The notes under the pieces: model-generated
The model's input: the letters and a program-made list of their open reading frames with translations, nothing else
Database searches by the model: none
What the model was told of the DNA's origin: nothing
Shown here: piece by piece, positions 9,112 through 20,099 of the stretch
Numbering within the stretch: the first letter of the stretch is position 1
Layout: each line of letters opens with the position of its first letter
Position numbers and translations under genes: made by a program
Source: Corallococcus sp. AB038B
GTDB lineage: Bacteria; Myxococcota; Myxococcia; Myxococcales; Myxococcaceae
Length of the DNA: 64,000 nt
Direction of reading: 5' to 3'
NCBI RefSeq assembly: GCF_003668955.1
Contig: NZ_RAWO01000002.1
Location: forward strand, 471,605 to 535,604

Positions 9112-9789
9112 CTACTCCTGGCGCTTCAGCCCCATCAGGGTGCCCAGCACCGCGATGACGCCGCCGAGGATGCCCAGGAAACAGCCGATGCTCGGCGACG
9201 AGTTCATCATCTCCGCGTTGCCCATGGGCGACGGCACGAGCGTGGTGTCCGAGGAGAGCTTCAGGAACACCAGCGACCAGACGAGGGTCACCACGCTGCA
9301 GACCATCTGCGCACCCCACGGCAGCATGGGGTTCACCCAGGTCATCACCTCCCGCGCCCGCAGGCCCACGAAGACCATGGTCGCGATGGCGAAGATGAAG
9401 GAGATGAACCCCAGGCTGATGAGGCCCAGGAAGTCTCCGCCCTCCGCCGTCTCCTTCCACGGAATGAAGCAGGAGAGCACCACCAGCGCCGCGCCCCAGA
9501 ACGCGATGCGGTCGCCGCCTTGCAGCTCGCCCAGGAACGAGCGCGCGTCGTCCAGCAGGACCTCTGGATCGTCGATGGGCGAGCGCGAGGACTCCAGCTC
9601 ACGGGCCTCGCGGGACCAGGGGTCCGCCACCGCGTCGCCGGCGTCGTCCTCGTCCTCCTCGACGGGAGCGGGCGCCGGGGCGCGGCGGGCCGGCGCGCGG
9701 GCGGGAGCGGCCTTGGCGGCGCCACCGCCCCGGGCGGGCGGAGCGGCACGTTGGGCCTTCTCCCGGGCGATGTCGTCCATGCTCCGCAC
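9112..9789 (-). CDS. Multi-pass membrane protein; reading frame continues upstream (to ~10119) and there encodes a zinc-ribbon motif
   Basis: 225 aa from GTG 9789 with about 4 predicted TM segments. The same frame stays open upstream through a Pro/Ala-rich linker to CPGCNRKVAEDTAICPHCDH (Cys4 zinc ribbon, ~10000-10062), but contains no ATG/GTG/TTG upstream of 9789. Confidence 0.5.
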   Translation of the reverse strand: MRSMDDIAREKAQRAAPPARGGGAAKAAPARAPARRAPAPAPVEEDEDDAGDAVADPWSREARELESSRSPIDDPEVLLDDARSFLGELQGGDRIAFWGAALVVLSCFIPWKETAEGGDFLGLISLGFISFIFAIATMVFVGLRAREVMTWVNPMLPWGAQMVCSVVTLVWSLVFLKLSSDTTLVPSPMGNAEMMNSSPSIGCFLGILGGVIAVLGTLMGLKRQE

Positions 9790-10182
9790 GTTGGTGGCGT
9801 CGTCGCTCGGCGGCGGCGCGGCGGGGCGGGCGCCCGTCCTGGCGCGGGCCGGAGCGGGGCGGGCGCGAGGCTCCGGAGCGGCGCGGGCCGGAGGAGGCCG
9901 CGAGCGCGGCGGCGGCCGGACTCCGGTGCTCTCGTCATCGCCGCCAGAGTCCCCCTCATCCCCGGCTCCCCCGAGGAAGGACTCGTCGATGATGTGGTCG
10001 CAGTGGGGGCAGATGGCGGTGTCTTCCGCGACCTTGCGATTACAGCCTGGGCAGTTCAGGGCCGGTGCTCCGGGAGGGGGGAAACGGCCCGATATCTTCC
10101 CGGCCCCAGCGCGCGGCTGTCAAACCCGTTCAGCGCCATAACCCCTGGATTTTCGCGGGGAATTGACCTAGCCCGTTCGAGC

Positions 10183-12279
10183 ATGGCCCGCCTGCCCGCC
10201 GCCGTGTCCGCCGGTTTCCTCCTCGTGAGCGCCTGTGTCCGCTCGGTGCCGGCGCCCGACATGCCTTCGCCCCCTGTCGAGCCCTCGAAGGCCATCGCGC
10301 GGATCCAGGACTGGGAGGACCGCCGCTCCCTGGGAGGTGGTGACCTCGTGCGGTTCGCCACCTCCGCGCCGGAAGTGGCCGTGCGTGTGCGCGCCCTCCG
10401 GGCCCTGGCGCGCATCCAGGACGTGGCGACGCTCGATGTCGTCATCGCCGGGCTGACGGCGCCGGACAAGGCCGTGCGCGAGGAGGCCGCCTTCGCGGCG
10501 GGCGAGCTGGCGCAGTCGTGGGAGCCGCTGCCGGAGGACGCACGGACGGCGCTCACGGAAGCGCTGGTGCGAGCGGAGGCCACGGAAGCCGACGGCTGGG
10601 TGCGCATCACGCAGCTGGAGGCCCTGGGCAAGCTGGCCACGCCCGGTGCGGTGGAGGTGCTGACGGCCCGGCTGTCTCCAGCCGATGGCCCCTGGTCCGA
10701 GGCCGCGGCGATGGCGCTGGGCGTGACCGCGCGCAAGGCCGGAGCCGCGGCCGTGGCGAACGTCCCCCTGGAGACGATCCGCGCGCTGCTGAAGCCCCGA
10801 TTGCGGAGCGAGGTGAACGTCGCCGGGGCGTACCTCCTGGTGGCGTCGAAGCGGCCGGATGCCGCGGATGCGCTCCGCTCCTGCCTGGCCATCGGGCATC
10901 CGGATGTGATGGCCCTCTGCGTGAAGGGCCTGGGCGACGTGGGCAGCCCGCGGGACTGGGTGGCGCTGAACCTGACGCTGGGCAACGCCACGCCTCGCGT
11001 GTCGGCGGAGGCGGCGCGTGCGCTGGCGAAGCTCGCCACGAAGTGCGAGGCCGGCTCACCCTGTACTCCACTGTTCGCGCTGGAACGCGAGGTGTACCGG
11101 GCGAAGCAGGTCGCGGAGGGAAAGGCGGCGCAGGGCCATGCGTTGCTCGCGGTGGCGCAGCAGGGACTTCCGCTCGAGGGCCGGCCGGTGTGGGGGCTCT
11201 GGAGAAAAGCGCTCGCGGATGCGGACCGGAGCGCTGCCACCGAGGAGGCCCGTGCGGACCTCGCCTGGCTGGACTGCCGTTTCGCGGCGGCCATGGACCG
11301 GCAGCAGGGCACGCTGGATCAAGTCCTCCAGTGCGGCTACGGCCGCGTCCCCGAAGCCCGATGGCTCGCGCTGGGCCTGCACGAGGTGGCGCAGTTCAAG
11401 GGGCAGCCCACCGGCGCCGCGTTCGCGGTGCCCTACCTGAACCACGTCAGTCCCATCGTGCGCGGCGCTGCGTTGGACACACTCTCTGAACGCCCCGTGC
11501 CTGAAGCGCTGGCGCCCATTCGCGCGCTCATCGGAGGAGGGGACGCGGTGGTGGCGGGACTGGCCGCGGCCGCCGCCGGCAAGCTGAAGGACGCCGAAGC
11601 CCTGCCCGCGCTGGAGGCCCTGGCCGACCGCGTCCCCAAGGAGCCGGACCTGGCGGAGGCGGTGGCCGGCGCGCTCATTGTGTTGAAGGGCCGCGCGGCG
11701 GAACCCCGCCTGCGCGAATGGCTGACCCATCCCCACGCCAACGTGCGCCGGATCGCGGCCGAGTCCCTCACCTCACTCACGGGACAGCCGGTCCACTCCG
11801 CCCGCGTGGAGCTGCCTCCGGAGACGTACCGTCCGCCGGCCGCGCCCCCGGGCACGACGCTCACGTTGCGCACGCGCAAGGGCGACATCACCGTCCTGTT
11901 GGATCCCGACGCACCGCTCACGGGAGGCAACCTGATGGCGCTCGCGAAGAAGGGCTACTTCCGGGGCATCACCTTCCACCGCGTGGTGCCGGACTTCGTC
12001 GCGCAGGGCGGAGATCCGCGCGGAGACGGGGAGGGTGGGCCTGGCTACTCCATCCGCTGCGAGATGACGCGCCGGCCGTATGCGCGGGGCACCGTGGGGA
12101 TGGCGCTGTCGGGCAAGGACACCGGCGGCAGCCAGTTCTTCTTCACGCACTCACCGCAGCCGCACCTGGACGGCCGCTACACGGCCTTTGGTGAAGTGAC
12201 TCAAGGCATGGACGTGGTGGACGCGCTCCTGGAGGGCACGGTCATCGACGATGTCATCGTCGGTACCCGCGCCCCCTGA
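10183..12279 (+). CDS. Lipoprotein with HEAT/PBS-lyase-type repeats and C-terminal cyclophilin-type peptidyl-prolyl isomerase domain
   Basis: The ATG at 10183 gives a lipoprotein signal MARLPAAVSAGFLLVSAC (lipobox LVSAC). The longer track ORF from 9082 is antisense to the membrane-protein gene. HEAT-like repeats (AVRVRALRALARIQD..., AVREEAAFAAGEL...). C-terminal cyclophilin motifs FHRVVPDFVAQGGDP and GGSQFFFT. Confidence 0.8.
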   Translation: MARLPAAVSAGFLLVSACVRSVPAPDMPSPPVEPSKAIARIQDWEDRRSLGGGDLVRFATSAPEVAVRVRALRALARIQDVATLDVVIAGLTAPDKAVREEAAFAAGELAQSWEPLPEDARTALTEALVRAEATEADGWVRITQLEALGKLATPGAVEVLTARLSPADGPWSEAAAMALGVTARKAGAAAVANVPLETIRALLKPRLRSEVNVAGAYLLVASKRPDAADALRSCLAIGHPDVMALCVKGLGDVGSPRDWVALNLTLGNATPRVSAEAARALAKLATKCEAGSPCTPLFALEREVYRAKQVAEGKAAQGHALLAVAQQGLPLEGRPVWGLWRKALADADRSAATEEARADLAWLDCRFAAAMDRQQGTLDQVLQCGYGRVPEARWLALGLHEVAQFKGQPTGAAFAVPYLNHVSPIVRGAALDTLSERPVPEALAPIRALIGGGDAVVAGLAAAAAGKLKDAEALPALEALADRVPKEPDLAEAVAGALIVLKGRAAEPRLREWLTHPHANVRRIAAESLTSLTGQPVHSARVELPPETYRPPAAPPGTTLTLRTRKGDITVLLDPDAPLTGGNLMALAKKGYFRGITFHRVVPDFVAQGGDPRGDGEGGPGYSIRCEMTRRPYARGTVGMALSGKDTGGSQFFFTHSPQPHLDGRYTAFGEVTQGMDVVDALLEGTVIDDVIVGTRAP

Positions 12280-12296
12280 AGCAGGCCCCTCGCGCG

Positions 12297-13418
12297 TCAG
12301 GCCCCGGCGGCGCGCGCGGGCACCGGCTCGCCCTGGGCGTTGAGCTGCGCGCCCGTCCAGCGGTGGCTCTCCGCCTCCTCCATCGTCTCCACCTCACGGC
12401 GGATGCGAGCCCACTCCGTCTCCGGCAGGCCGAGGAACGCCTCCGCGAGCATCGGATCGAACTGCGTGCCCGCGCAGCGGCGGACCTCGTCGCGCGCCAC
12501 GCTCATGGGGCGCCCCTTGCGATAGGGCCGGTCGGAGGTGATGGCATCCAGCGTGTCCACGAGGCAGAAGATGCGCGCCCCGATGACGATCTCCTCGCCC
12601 TTGAGCCCCAGCGGGTAGCCCTTGCCGTCCCAGCGCTCCTGGTGCTGCAGGACGATGAGCGCCGCCTCGTGCAGGTACGGCATCTTCGCCAGCATCCGGT
12701 AGCCGAACTCCGGGTGCAGCTTCATCTCCACCCATTCCTCCGGCGTGAGCGGCCCGGGCTTGAGCAGGATGGAGTCCCGCACGCCAATCTTCCCGATGTC
12801 GTGCAGCAGCGCGCCCTGTTCCACCACGTCCAGCGCCGGTCCGGTGAGGCCGATCTCCTGCGCCAGCCGCCGCGCGTACAGCGACACGCGCCGCGAGTGC
12901 CACTGCGTCTCCGTGTCGCGGTAGTCCAGCGCGCTGATCAGCCCGTCCAGAAGGCCCGTGGTCCGCTCGATGACCCGGCGCTCCAGCCCCTCGTTGATGG
13001 AGAGGAGCTCCGCGTTCTTCTCCGCGACCTCACGTGTCAGCCGCTCGTTGGTCGCCACCAGCCGGTGGTGCTCGAAGGCCTGCCGGATGCTGCTGGTCAG
13101 GTCGCTCAGCGACCACGGCTTGCCCAGGAGCCGGAAGACCTCGCCCCGGTTCACCGCCTCCGACGCCGTCTTGAAGTCCGCCGCCGCCGTCAACATCAGC
13201 CGCACCGCGCGAGGGTTCTTCTCCCGGAGTGCCGACAACAGCTCGATGCCGTTGAGGTACGGCATCATGAAGTCCGTGAGGACGACGTCGAATCCCTGCT
13301 CCCGCGCCGCCACCACCGGGTCGCTGTGTGTCACGACCTCGTAACCCTCCGCCTGGAGGATTCGGGACAGCGCCGCGAGGATGAGCACGTCGTCGTCCAC
13401 CACGAGGATTCGGGCCAT
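12297..13418 (-). CDS. Response regulator with HD-GYP domain (predicted c-di-GMP phosphodiesterase)
   Basis: N-terminal receiver MARILVVDDDVLILAALSRIL...DVVLTDFMMP. The HD-GYP domain carries HDIGK and HHERWDGKGYP. Confidence 0.9.
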   Translation of the reverse strand: MARILVVDDDVLILAALSRILQAEGYEVVTHSDPVVAAREQGFDVVLTDFMMPYLNGIELLSALREKNPRAVRLMLTAAADFKTASEAVNRGEVFRLLGKPWSLSDLTSSIRQAFEHHRLVATNERLTREVAEKNAELLSINEGLERRVIERTTGLLDGLISALDYRDTETQWHSRRVSLYARRLAQEIGLTGPALDVVEQGALLHDIGKIGVRDSILLKPGPLTPEEWVEMKLHPEFGYRMLAKMPYLHEAALIVLQHQERWDGKGYPLGLKGEEIVIGARIFCLVDTLDAITSDRPYRKGRPMSVARDEVRRCAGTQFDPMLAEAFLGLPETEWARIRREVETMEEAESHRWTGAQLNAQGEPVPARAAGA

Positions 13419-13537
13419 GGGCTGATACGCTCCGAGCGAGTGGGCTGCGTTTTTCTCAGACTCTTATAGCCGGTCCGCAGACGGCCAGACAGGCCCCCCC
13501 AAGCTTTCCAGTACCGCCAAACTACCGGAATTCTTGA

Positions 13538-13552
13538 GGTTTCCCTGAAACC
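13538..13552. promoter_or_regulatory. Perfect inverted repeat GGTTTC-CCT-GAAACC in divergent intergenic region
   Basis: Read from sequence, in the 246-bp lower-GC region between the REC-HD-GYP gene (start 13418, minus) and the DapB-like gene (start 13665, plus). Confidence 0.35.
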
Positions 13553-13664
13553 GGTGGTCGCTGGATTCCACGTCCTGCTTGCCTGCCCGTCGAGCCGTGT
13601 TCTATGGTGGCCGCCTACCCAACGTAAATGGCTGTAACCCCTTGGAATTCGGGAGCAATCTCCG

Positions 13665-14666
13665 ATGGCTAGAGCCCCTGATGGGCCGGTGCCGGTGGTG
13701 GTGATGGGGCTGGGGTTTATCGGGCAGGAGATTGCCAGGGCAGCCCTGTCGTCCACCGAAGTGGAGTTGATGGGCGCGGTGGACTCGCAGCCCTCCCTGG
13801 TGGGTCGTCCCCTGGGCGACGTGCTGGGGCTGGCCGGCCCGCGCTTCAAGGTCGCGGACTCGCTGGAGCGCGCCGTGGGGCGCCGCAAGGGCGTGGTGGT
13901 GCTGCACGCCACCAGCTCGCGGCTCTCCCAGGTGATGGATCAGCTGCTGGACGCGCTGAAGCTGGGCCTGCCGGTGGCCAGCACCTGCGAGGAGCTGGCG
14001 TTCCCGCACCTCAAGTACCCGGAGCTGGCGGAGAAGCTGGAGCGCGCCGCGGAGAAGGCGGGCGTCGCCATCGTGGGCACGGGCGTGAACCCGGGCTTCG
14101 TGCTGGACCGCCTGGTGGCCACCGCCGGTCAGGTGTGCGGCCCCGTGCGCAAGGTGCTGGCCAGCCGCGTGGTGGACGCGCGTACGCGCCGTGAGGCCCT
14201 GCAGCGCAAGGTGGGCGCGGGCCTGACGGAGGAGGAGTTCTTCGACCTGGTGGACCGCGAGGAGCTGGGCCACGTGGGGCTGGTGGAGTCCGCGGCGCTG
14301 GCGGCGGTGGGGCTGGGGCTGGACTGTGACGACTTCGAGGAGGAGGTCGCGCCCGTGTTCGCCGAGGAGGACATCACCGGCGGCGCATTTGTCGTGAAGA
14401 AAGGCCGCGTCGCGGGCATGTTCCAGTCCGTGGTGGGTTTGGAGGAGGGGCAGGAGCGGGTCCGCCTGGAGCTGACCATCGCGGTAGGGGCGGACAACCC
14501 ACGGGATCGCATCGAGATCGACGCGGACCCCAGGCTGGTGCTTGAGATACCGGGGGGAGTGGCGGGCGACCGGGCCACCGCGAACGCGCTGGTGAATGCC
14601 GCGCCACGTTTGACGGCCGCGGAGGCCGGGCTCCTGACGGTGCTCGAGCTTCCGTCAGGTCGCTGA
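13665..14666 (+). CDS. DapB-like NAD(P)-binding dehydrogenase (dihydrodipicolinate reductase / diaminopentanoate dehydrogenase superfamily)
   Basis: N-terminal Rossmann motif VVVMGLGFIGQEIARAAL; 333 aa. Assigned by overall resemblance to the DapB-N fold; the specific function is unknown. Confidence 0.55.
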   Translation: MARAPDGPVPVVVMGLGFIGQEIARAALSSTEVELMGAVDSQPSLVGRPLGDVLGLAGPRFKVADSLERAVGRRKGVVVLHATSSRLSQVMDQLLDALKLGLPVASTCEELAFPHLKYPELAEKLERAAEKAGVAIVGTGVNPGFVLDRLVATAGQVCGPVRKVLASRVVDARTRREALQRKVGAGLTEEEFFDLVDREELGHVGLVESAALAAVGLGLDCDDFEEEVAPVFAEEDITGGAFVVKKGRVAGMFQSVVGLEEGQERVRLELTIAVGADNPRDRIEIDADPRLVLEIPGGVAGDRATANALVNAAPRLTAAEAGLLTVLELPSGR

Positions 14667-14686
14667 AGACTCATCAGGAGAGGGAA

Positions 14687-15136
14687 ATGCTGGACAAGAA
14701 CGCGATTGGCCGCGCCTCGCCGCCGACGCTCAACGAGGTGGAGAAGGGCGCCATCCGGCGCTTCGCCGAGGCAATCGGCGACTACAATCCCATCTACTAC
14801 GATGAGGAGTACGCCCGGGCCTCGGGCTACCCCACCATCGTCGCGCCGCCCACTTTCCCCGCGTCGTTCCATTCCGCCGCGGACCTCCGGGAGCTGTTGG
14901 GGGTGGGCATCAAGAGCCTGCTGCACGCCGAACAGGGCTTCGACTACGAGCGGCCCATCTTCGCGGGGGACCGCATCTACGTGTCCACTCGCGTGTCGGA
15001 CGTCTTCGAGCGGCCGGGCATGTCCGGCAAGATGGACATCGCGGTCATCGAGGACGAAGGCCGGGACGAAGAGGGCAACCTCGTCTTCCGCGCCCGCCGG
15101 ACCCTCGTGGTGCGTGCCGCCAAGGAGAACGCCTGA
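14687..15136 (+). CDS. MaoC-like (hot-dog) dehydratase subunit, non-catalytic HadA-like
   Basis: Hydratase-2-like motif FAEAIGDYNPIYYDEEYA lacks the catalytic His. Its stop overlaps the start of the next gene (TGATG). Confidence 0.75.
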   Translation: MLDKNAIGRASPPTLNEVEKGAIRRFAEAIGDYNPIYYDEEYARASGYPTIVAPPTFPASFHSAADLRELLGVGIKSLLHAEQGFDYERPIFAGDRIYVSTRVSDVFERPGMSGKMDIAVIEDEGRDEEGNLVFRARRTLVVRAAKENA

Positions 15137-15840
15137 TGCCCGCGCGCAAGCTCTACTTCGAATCCATCCGCGTCGGTGACGAGCTGCCGGCGTTGGCCAA
15201 GGCCCCGGTGGACCGCGTCCAGCTGTCGCGCTACGCGGGCGCCTCCGGCGACTACAACCCCGTGCACGTGGACGAGCTCTACGCCAAGAGCGTGGGCATG
15301 CCGTCCGTCTACGCCCCCGGCATGCTCGTCATGGGCATGTTGGGCCAGCTCATCAGCGACTGGGCCCGCGGCGGCCAGCTGCGGCGCTACAACGTCCGCT
15401 TCATCAAGATGGTGTGGCCGGGCGACACCGTGGTCTGCAAGGGCCGCGTGAGCGACCGCCACGGCTCCGGCGGCCGGTACTTCGTCGAAATCGACCTCTG
15501 GGCGGAGAACCAGAAGGGCGAGCTCGTCATGAAGGGCGGCTCGCAGATCCAGCTCTTCTACTCCCTGGAGGACGAGAACCGGCAGCGCTCCGGCCAGTCC
15601 CCCATCGTGGTGGAAGTGCCCCGCGAGAGCCTGGTCGTCCCGGCCCCCGCCACCCCGGATGCCGCCACCAGCGTCCCGGCGCCCGCCGCTCCGGAACGCG
15701 ACCGGGACGAGGACGACGAGGACGATGACGAGGAAGCGGACGAGCCCCGCAACGGCGCCTCGTCCAAGAAGACCGCCCCTCGGGAGAAGCCCGCCGCCAA
15801 GACGGCGTCCCTCCCGGCCGCGAAGAAGGCCAAGAAGTAG
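15136..15840 (+). CDS. MaoC-like dehydratase, catalytic HadB-like, with C-terminal acidic then lysine-rich tail
   Basis: Hydratase-2 motif YAGASGDYNPVHVDELYA with the catalytic His. C-terminal ~70 aa is low complexity (ERDRDEDDEDDDEEADE ... SSKKTAPREKPAAKTASLPAAKKAKK). Confidence 0.8.
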   Translation: MPARKLYFESIRVGDELPALAKAPVDRVQLSRYAGASGDYNPVHVDELYAKSVGMPSVYAPGMLVMGMLGQLISDWARGGQLRRYNVRFIKMVWPGDTVVCKGRVSDRHGSGGRYFVEIDLWAENQKGELVMKGGSQIQLFYSLEDENRQRSGQSPIVVEVPRESLVVPAPATPDAATSVPAPAAPERDRDEDDEDDDEEADEPRNGASSKKTAPREKPAAKTASLPAAKKAKK

Positions 15841-16038
15841 GCTTTCCAGGGGCGTTCCAAGGCGAATTCCCGCGTTCCAGAAGGGCGGCTTCGACCGCTC
15901 GTCAACGCGGGGTGTCATCTTGGGTTGACTCAAAAATCAGTCGACGCCACACTTCCTGCGTCACATGGGCCGCTGACCCTTACTTTTTCCCGCCCTGCGG
16001 GAAGCAGGCAGGCAGCGAGCCCCTACGCAGGAGTGGCC

Positions 16039-17883
<1,845 letters not shown>

Positions 17884-17912
17884 AGCGGAAGCTGAAGTCC
17901 TGAAATGAAGAA

Positions 17913-17953
17913 GGCCCTCCGGCACGTGACGCGCCGGGGGGCCTTTTGCTTTT
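17913..17953. terminator. Rho-independent terminator (bidirectional) between convergent ACAD and exbD
   Basis: GGCCCTCCGGC-acgtgacgc-GCCGGGGGGCC hairpin followed by TTTTGCTTTT. Read from sequence. Confidence 0.6.
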
Positions 17954-17964
17954 CGGGCCTGAGC

Positions 17965-18420
17965 CTAGTCGCCTTCGCGCACGCCGATGGCGAGCTGCGC
18001 GAGGCCGGCCTTCTTCGCCAACTCCATCACCTGCACCACGGTGCCGTGGGGGACGCCTTCGTCCGCCTGGACAATCACCACGGTGTCGGGGTTCTGGTTC
18101 TTCGCGTTGTCGAAGGCCTGCTTCAGCTCGGCCTCCGCGACGACGTTGCCCGCGAGCACGAAGCGGCCGTCCGCCAGCACCGCCACGGACAGGTCCGTGG
18201 TGCGCGCGGTGACGTCCGCGGCGCCGCCCTTGGGCAGGTTCACCTTGAGGCCCGCCTTGGCACCGCCGCCCGGGCCCTGCTGGGTGATGACCGAGCTGGT
18301 CACCATGAAGATGATGAGCAGCACGAGCATCACGTCCGTCAGCGGCGTGATGTTGATCTCCGCGAAGCCCGCGCCCTCCACCTCGTCGTCGCCCGAGCCG
18401 GGCGTCTTTCCCATGGCCAT
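17965..18420 (-). CDS. exbD: ExbD/TolR-family biopolymer transport protein
   Basis: 151 aa, single N-terminal TM (ITPLTDVMLVLLIIFMV), typical ExbD/TolR size and pattern. May equally be a TolR/Agl-type motor subunit. Confidence 0.8.
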   Translation of the reverse strand: MAMGKTPGSGDDEVEGAGFAEINITPLTDVMLVLLIIFMVTSSVITQQGPGGGAKAGLKVNLPKGGAADVTARTTDLSVAVLADGRFVLAGNVVAEAELKQAFDNAKNQNPDTVVIVQADEGVPHGTVVQVMELAKKAGLAQLAIGVREGD

Positions 18421-18435
18421 GGTGGGCGTGTCTCC

Positions 18436-19167
18436 TTACGAGGCGGGCTGCGGATCCGGGCGGGGCGCCGGGGGCGTGGTGCTTTCGCGCGGGGGCGGCG
18501 TGGCTTCCGGCAGCGGGCCGCCGGCCGAGCGCTCCTTGAGCACCTCCGCGAACTCGTCACCCAGCAGGCGCAGCTCCACCAGCACGCGGGACAGCCGGGC
18601 CTGGAAGTAGTTGTAGAAGACCATCGCCTGCACGGCGACGAGGATGCCCACGGCGGTGGCGACGAGCGCTTCGGAGATGCCCGTCATCACGGCCGCGGAG
18701 CCGCCGGTGCCGCCGGCCTCCACGTCCACGCCCAGGTCCTTGAAGGAACGCATGATGCCGGCCACGGTGCCGAAGAGGCCCACGAAGGGCGTCGTCGAAC
18801 CGATGGTGGCGAGCAGCCACAGGTTGCGTCGCAGCTTGAGCCCCACCTGGGCGCGCTCGCGCTCCACGGCGGACTCAATGCCGTTGCCGCCAGTGGAGCG
18901 GGAGCGCTCCCAGCGGTCGAACCCGGCGAGGAAGATGTCGGCCGCAACGGCGTCGGAGCGCTCGGCGGCGGTGCGGGCGGCGGTCACATCTCCCCGGAGG
19001 AGGTGCTTCTGGACGATTTCGCCCAGATTGCGGGAGCGCTCGCTCACGCCCCAGAGGGCGATGAGCCGCTCGATGGCCACGCCCAGGGCCACCACGGAGG
19101 CGCCCAGGAGGAGGGCGAGGGTGACGCCGCCCAGGCGAAGGTAATGAAGTAGATCGTTCAGGCTCAT
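18436..19167 (-). CDS. exbB: ExbB/TolQ/MotA-family proton-channel protein
   Basis: 243 aa with MotA/TolQ/ExbB topology and a conserved C-terminal region (GLFGTVAGIMRSF... TALVATAVGILVA). Confidence 0.8.
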   Translation of the reverse strand: MSLNDLLHYLRLGGVTLALLLGASVVALGVAIERLIALWGVSERSRNLGEIVQKHLLRGDVTAARTAAERSDAVAADIFLAGFDRWERSRSTGGNGIESAVERERAQVGLKLRRNLWLLATIGSTTPFVGLFGTVAGIMRSFKDLGVDVEAGGTGGSAAVMTGISEALVATAVGILVAVQAMVFYNYFQARLSRVLVELRLLGDEFAEVLKERSAGGPLPEATPPPRESTTPPAPRPDPQPAS

Positions 19168-19209
19168 GATGGATGACCGGGCAGGCGGCCCTGGCTCACA
19201 CTAGGACAT

Positions 19210-20040
19210 ATGAACCGCGCAGCCGCCGCAATCTTCCTGGCCCTCCTCTGTTCGGCCTGCCCCAAACGTCTCGAGTTCGGTCCGGAGGGCCGCATCGAGG
19301 ACGCCCAGACGCTCTACCAGCACGTGCGCGAGCGGCAGGCGAAGGTGGTGACCCTGGAGGGTGACGCCAAGCTGCACGTGGACTCGCCCCAGGGCAGTGG
19401 AACGCTCTCCACGTACCTCTCCATCACCCGTCCGGCCCTCATCCACCTGGAGACGTACGACTTCTTCAACCGCCCGGTGGCCTCGCTCGTCTCCGATGGC
19501 GAACGCTTTGGCGTCTACCAGGCGGGGGAGAACACGTACCTCCAGGGCCCGGCGAGCGCGGAGAACGTGTCCCGCTTCCTGCCTGTCGTCCTGCCGAGCG
19601 AGGAGCTGGTGGCGGTGATGCTGGGGCAGGTCCCCCTCCTGCCGCCGGAATCCATGACCCTGGAGCTGGACGAGAAGGAGCGGGTGTACGTGCTCAAGCT
19701 CCAGCGGGGGCCCGCGACGCAGACACTGCGCGTGGATCCCAAGCACCTGCGCGTGGTGAAGAGCGAGGTCCGGGGCGTGCCGGGCTACGACCTGGCGTTC
19801 GAGGACTTCCAGCAGCGGGACGACCAGTTCTTCCCGGGCAAGGTGCACCTCATCGCCGCCACGGCGAACACGAAGCTGGACCTGAAGTACACGGACATCC
19901 GCCTCAATGGCCGCCCGGACCTGACGCTCTATGAATTGGGCGCGCCCCAGGGGGCGAAGGTGGTGGACGTCGACGCGCGGGGCCAGGAGGTCCGCTCGGG
20001 GGAGCCGGTGTCCCAGCCGCCCCCAACGCCGGGTTCCTGA
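19210..20040 (+). CDS. Hypothetical lipoprotein
   Basis: Signal peptide with lipobox (AIFLALLCSAC), 276 aa. Divergent from exbB with only a 42-bp gap. No confident domain call. Confidence 0.6.
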   Translation: MNRAAAAIFLALLCSACPKRLEFGPEGRIEDAQTLYQHVRERQAKVVTLEGDAKLHVDSPQGSGTLSTYLSITRPALIHLETYDFFNRPVASLVSDGERFGVYQAGENTYLQGPASAENVSRFLPVVLPSEELVAVMLGQVPLLPPESMTLELDEKERVYVLKLQRGPATQTLRVDPKHLRVVKSEVRGVPGYDLAFEDFQQRDDQFFPGKVHLIAATANTKLDLKYTDIRLNGRPDLTLYELGAPQGAKVVDVDARGQEVRSGEPVSQPPPTPGS

Positions 20041-20099
20041 GCTTCCAGGCGTCGAAAGGCAGCGTCCCGGCGCAAACCGGGTACTATGGCGCGCACGAC

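Noticed and set aside
9082-10182. 5' 1.1 kb of the 1065-aa plus-strand ORF 9082..12279
   Set aside because: Antisense to the membrane-protein/zinc-ribbon gene. Arg/His/Gly-rich composition typical of an off-frame in high-GC DNA. The real gene starts at ATG 10183 with a lipoprotein signal.
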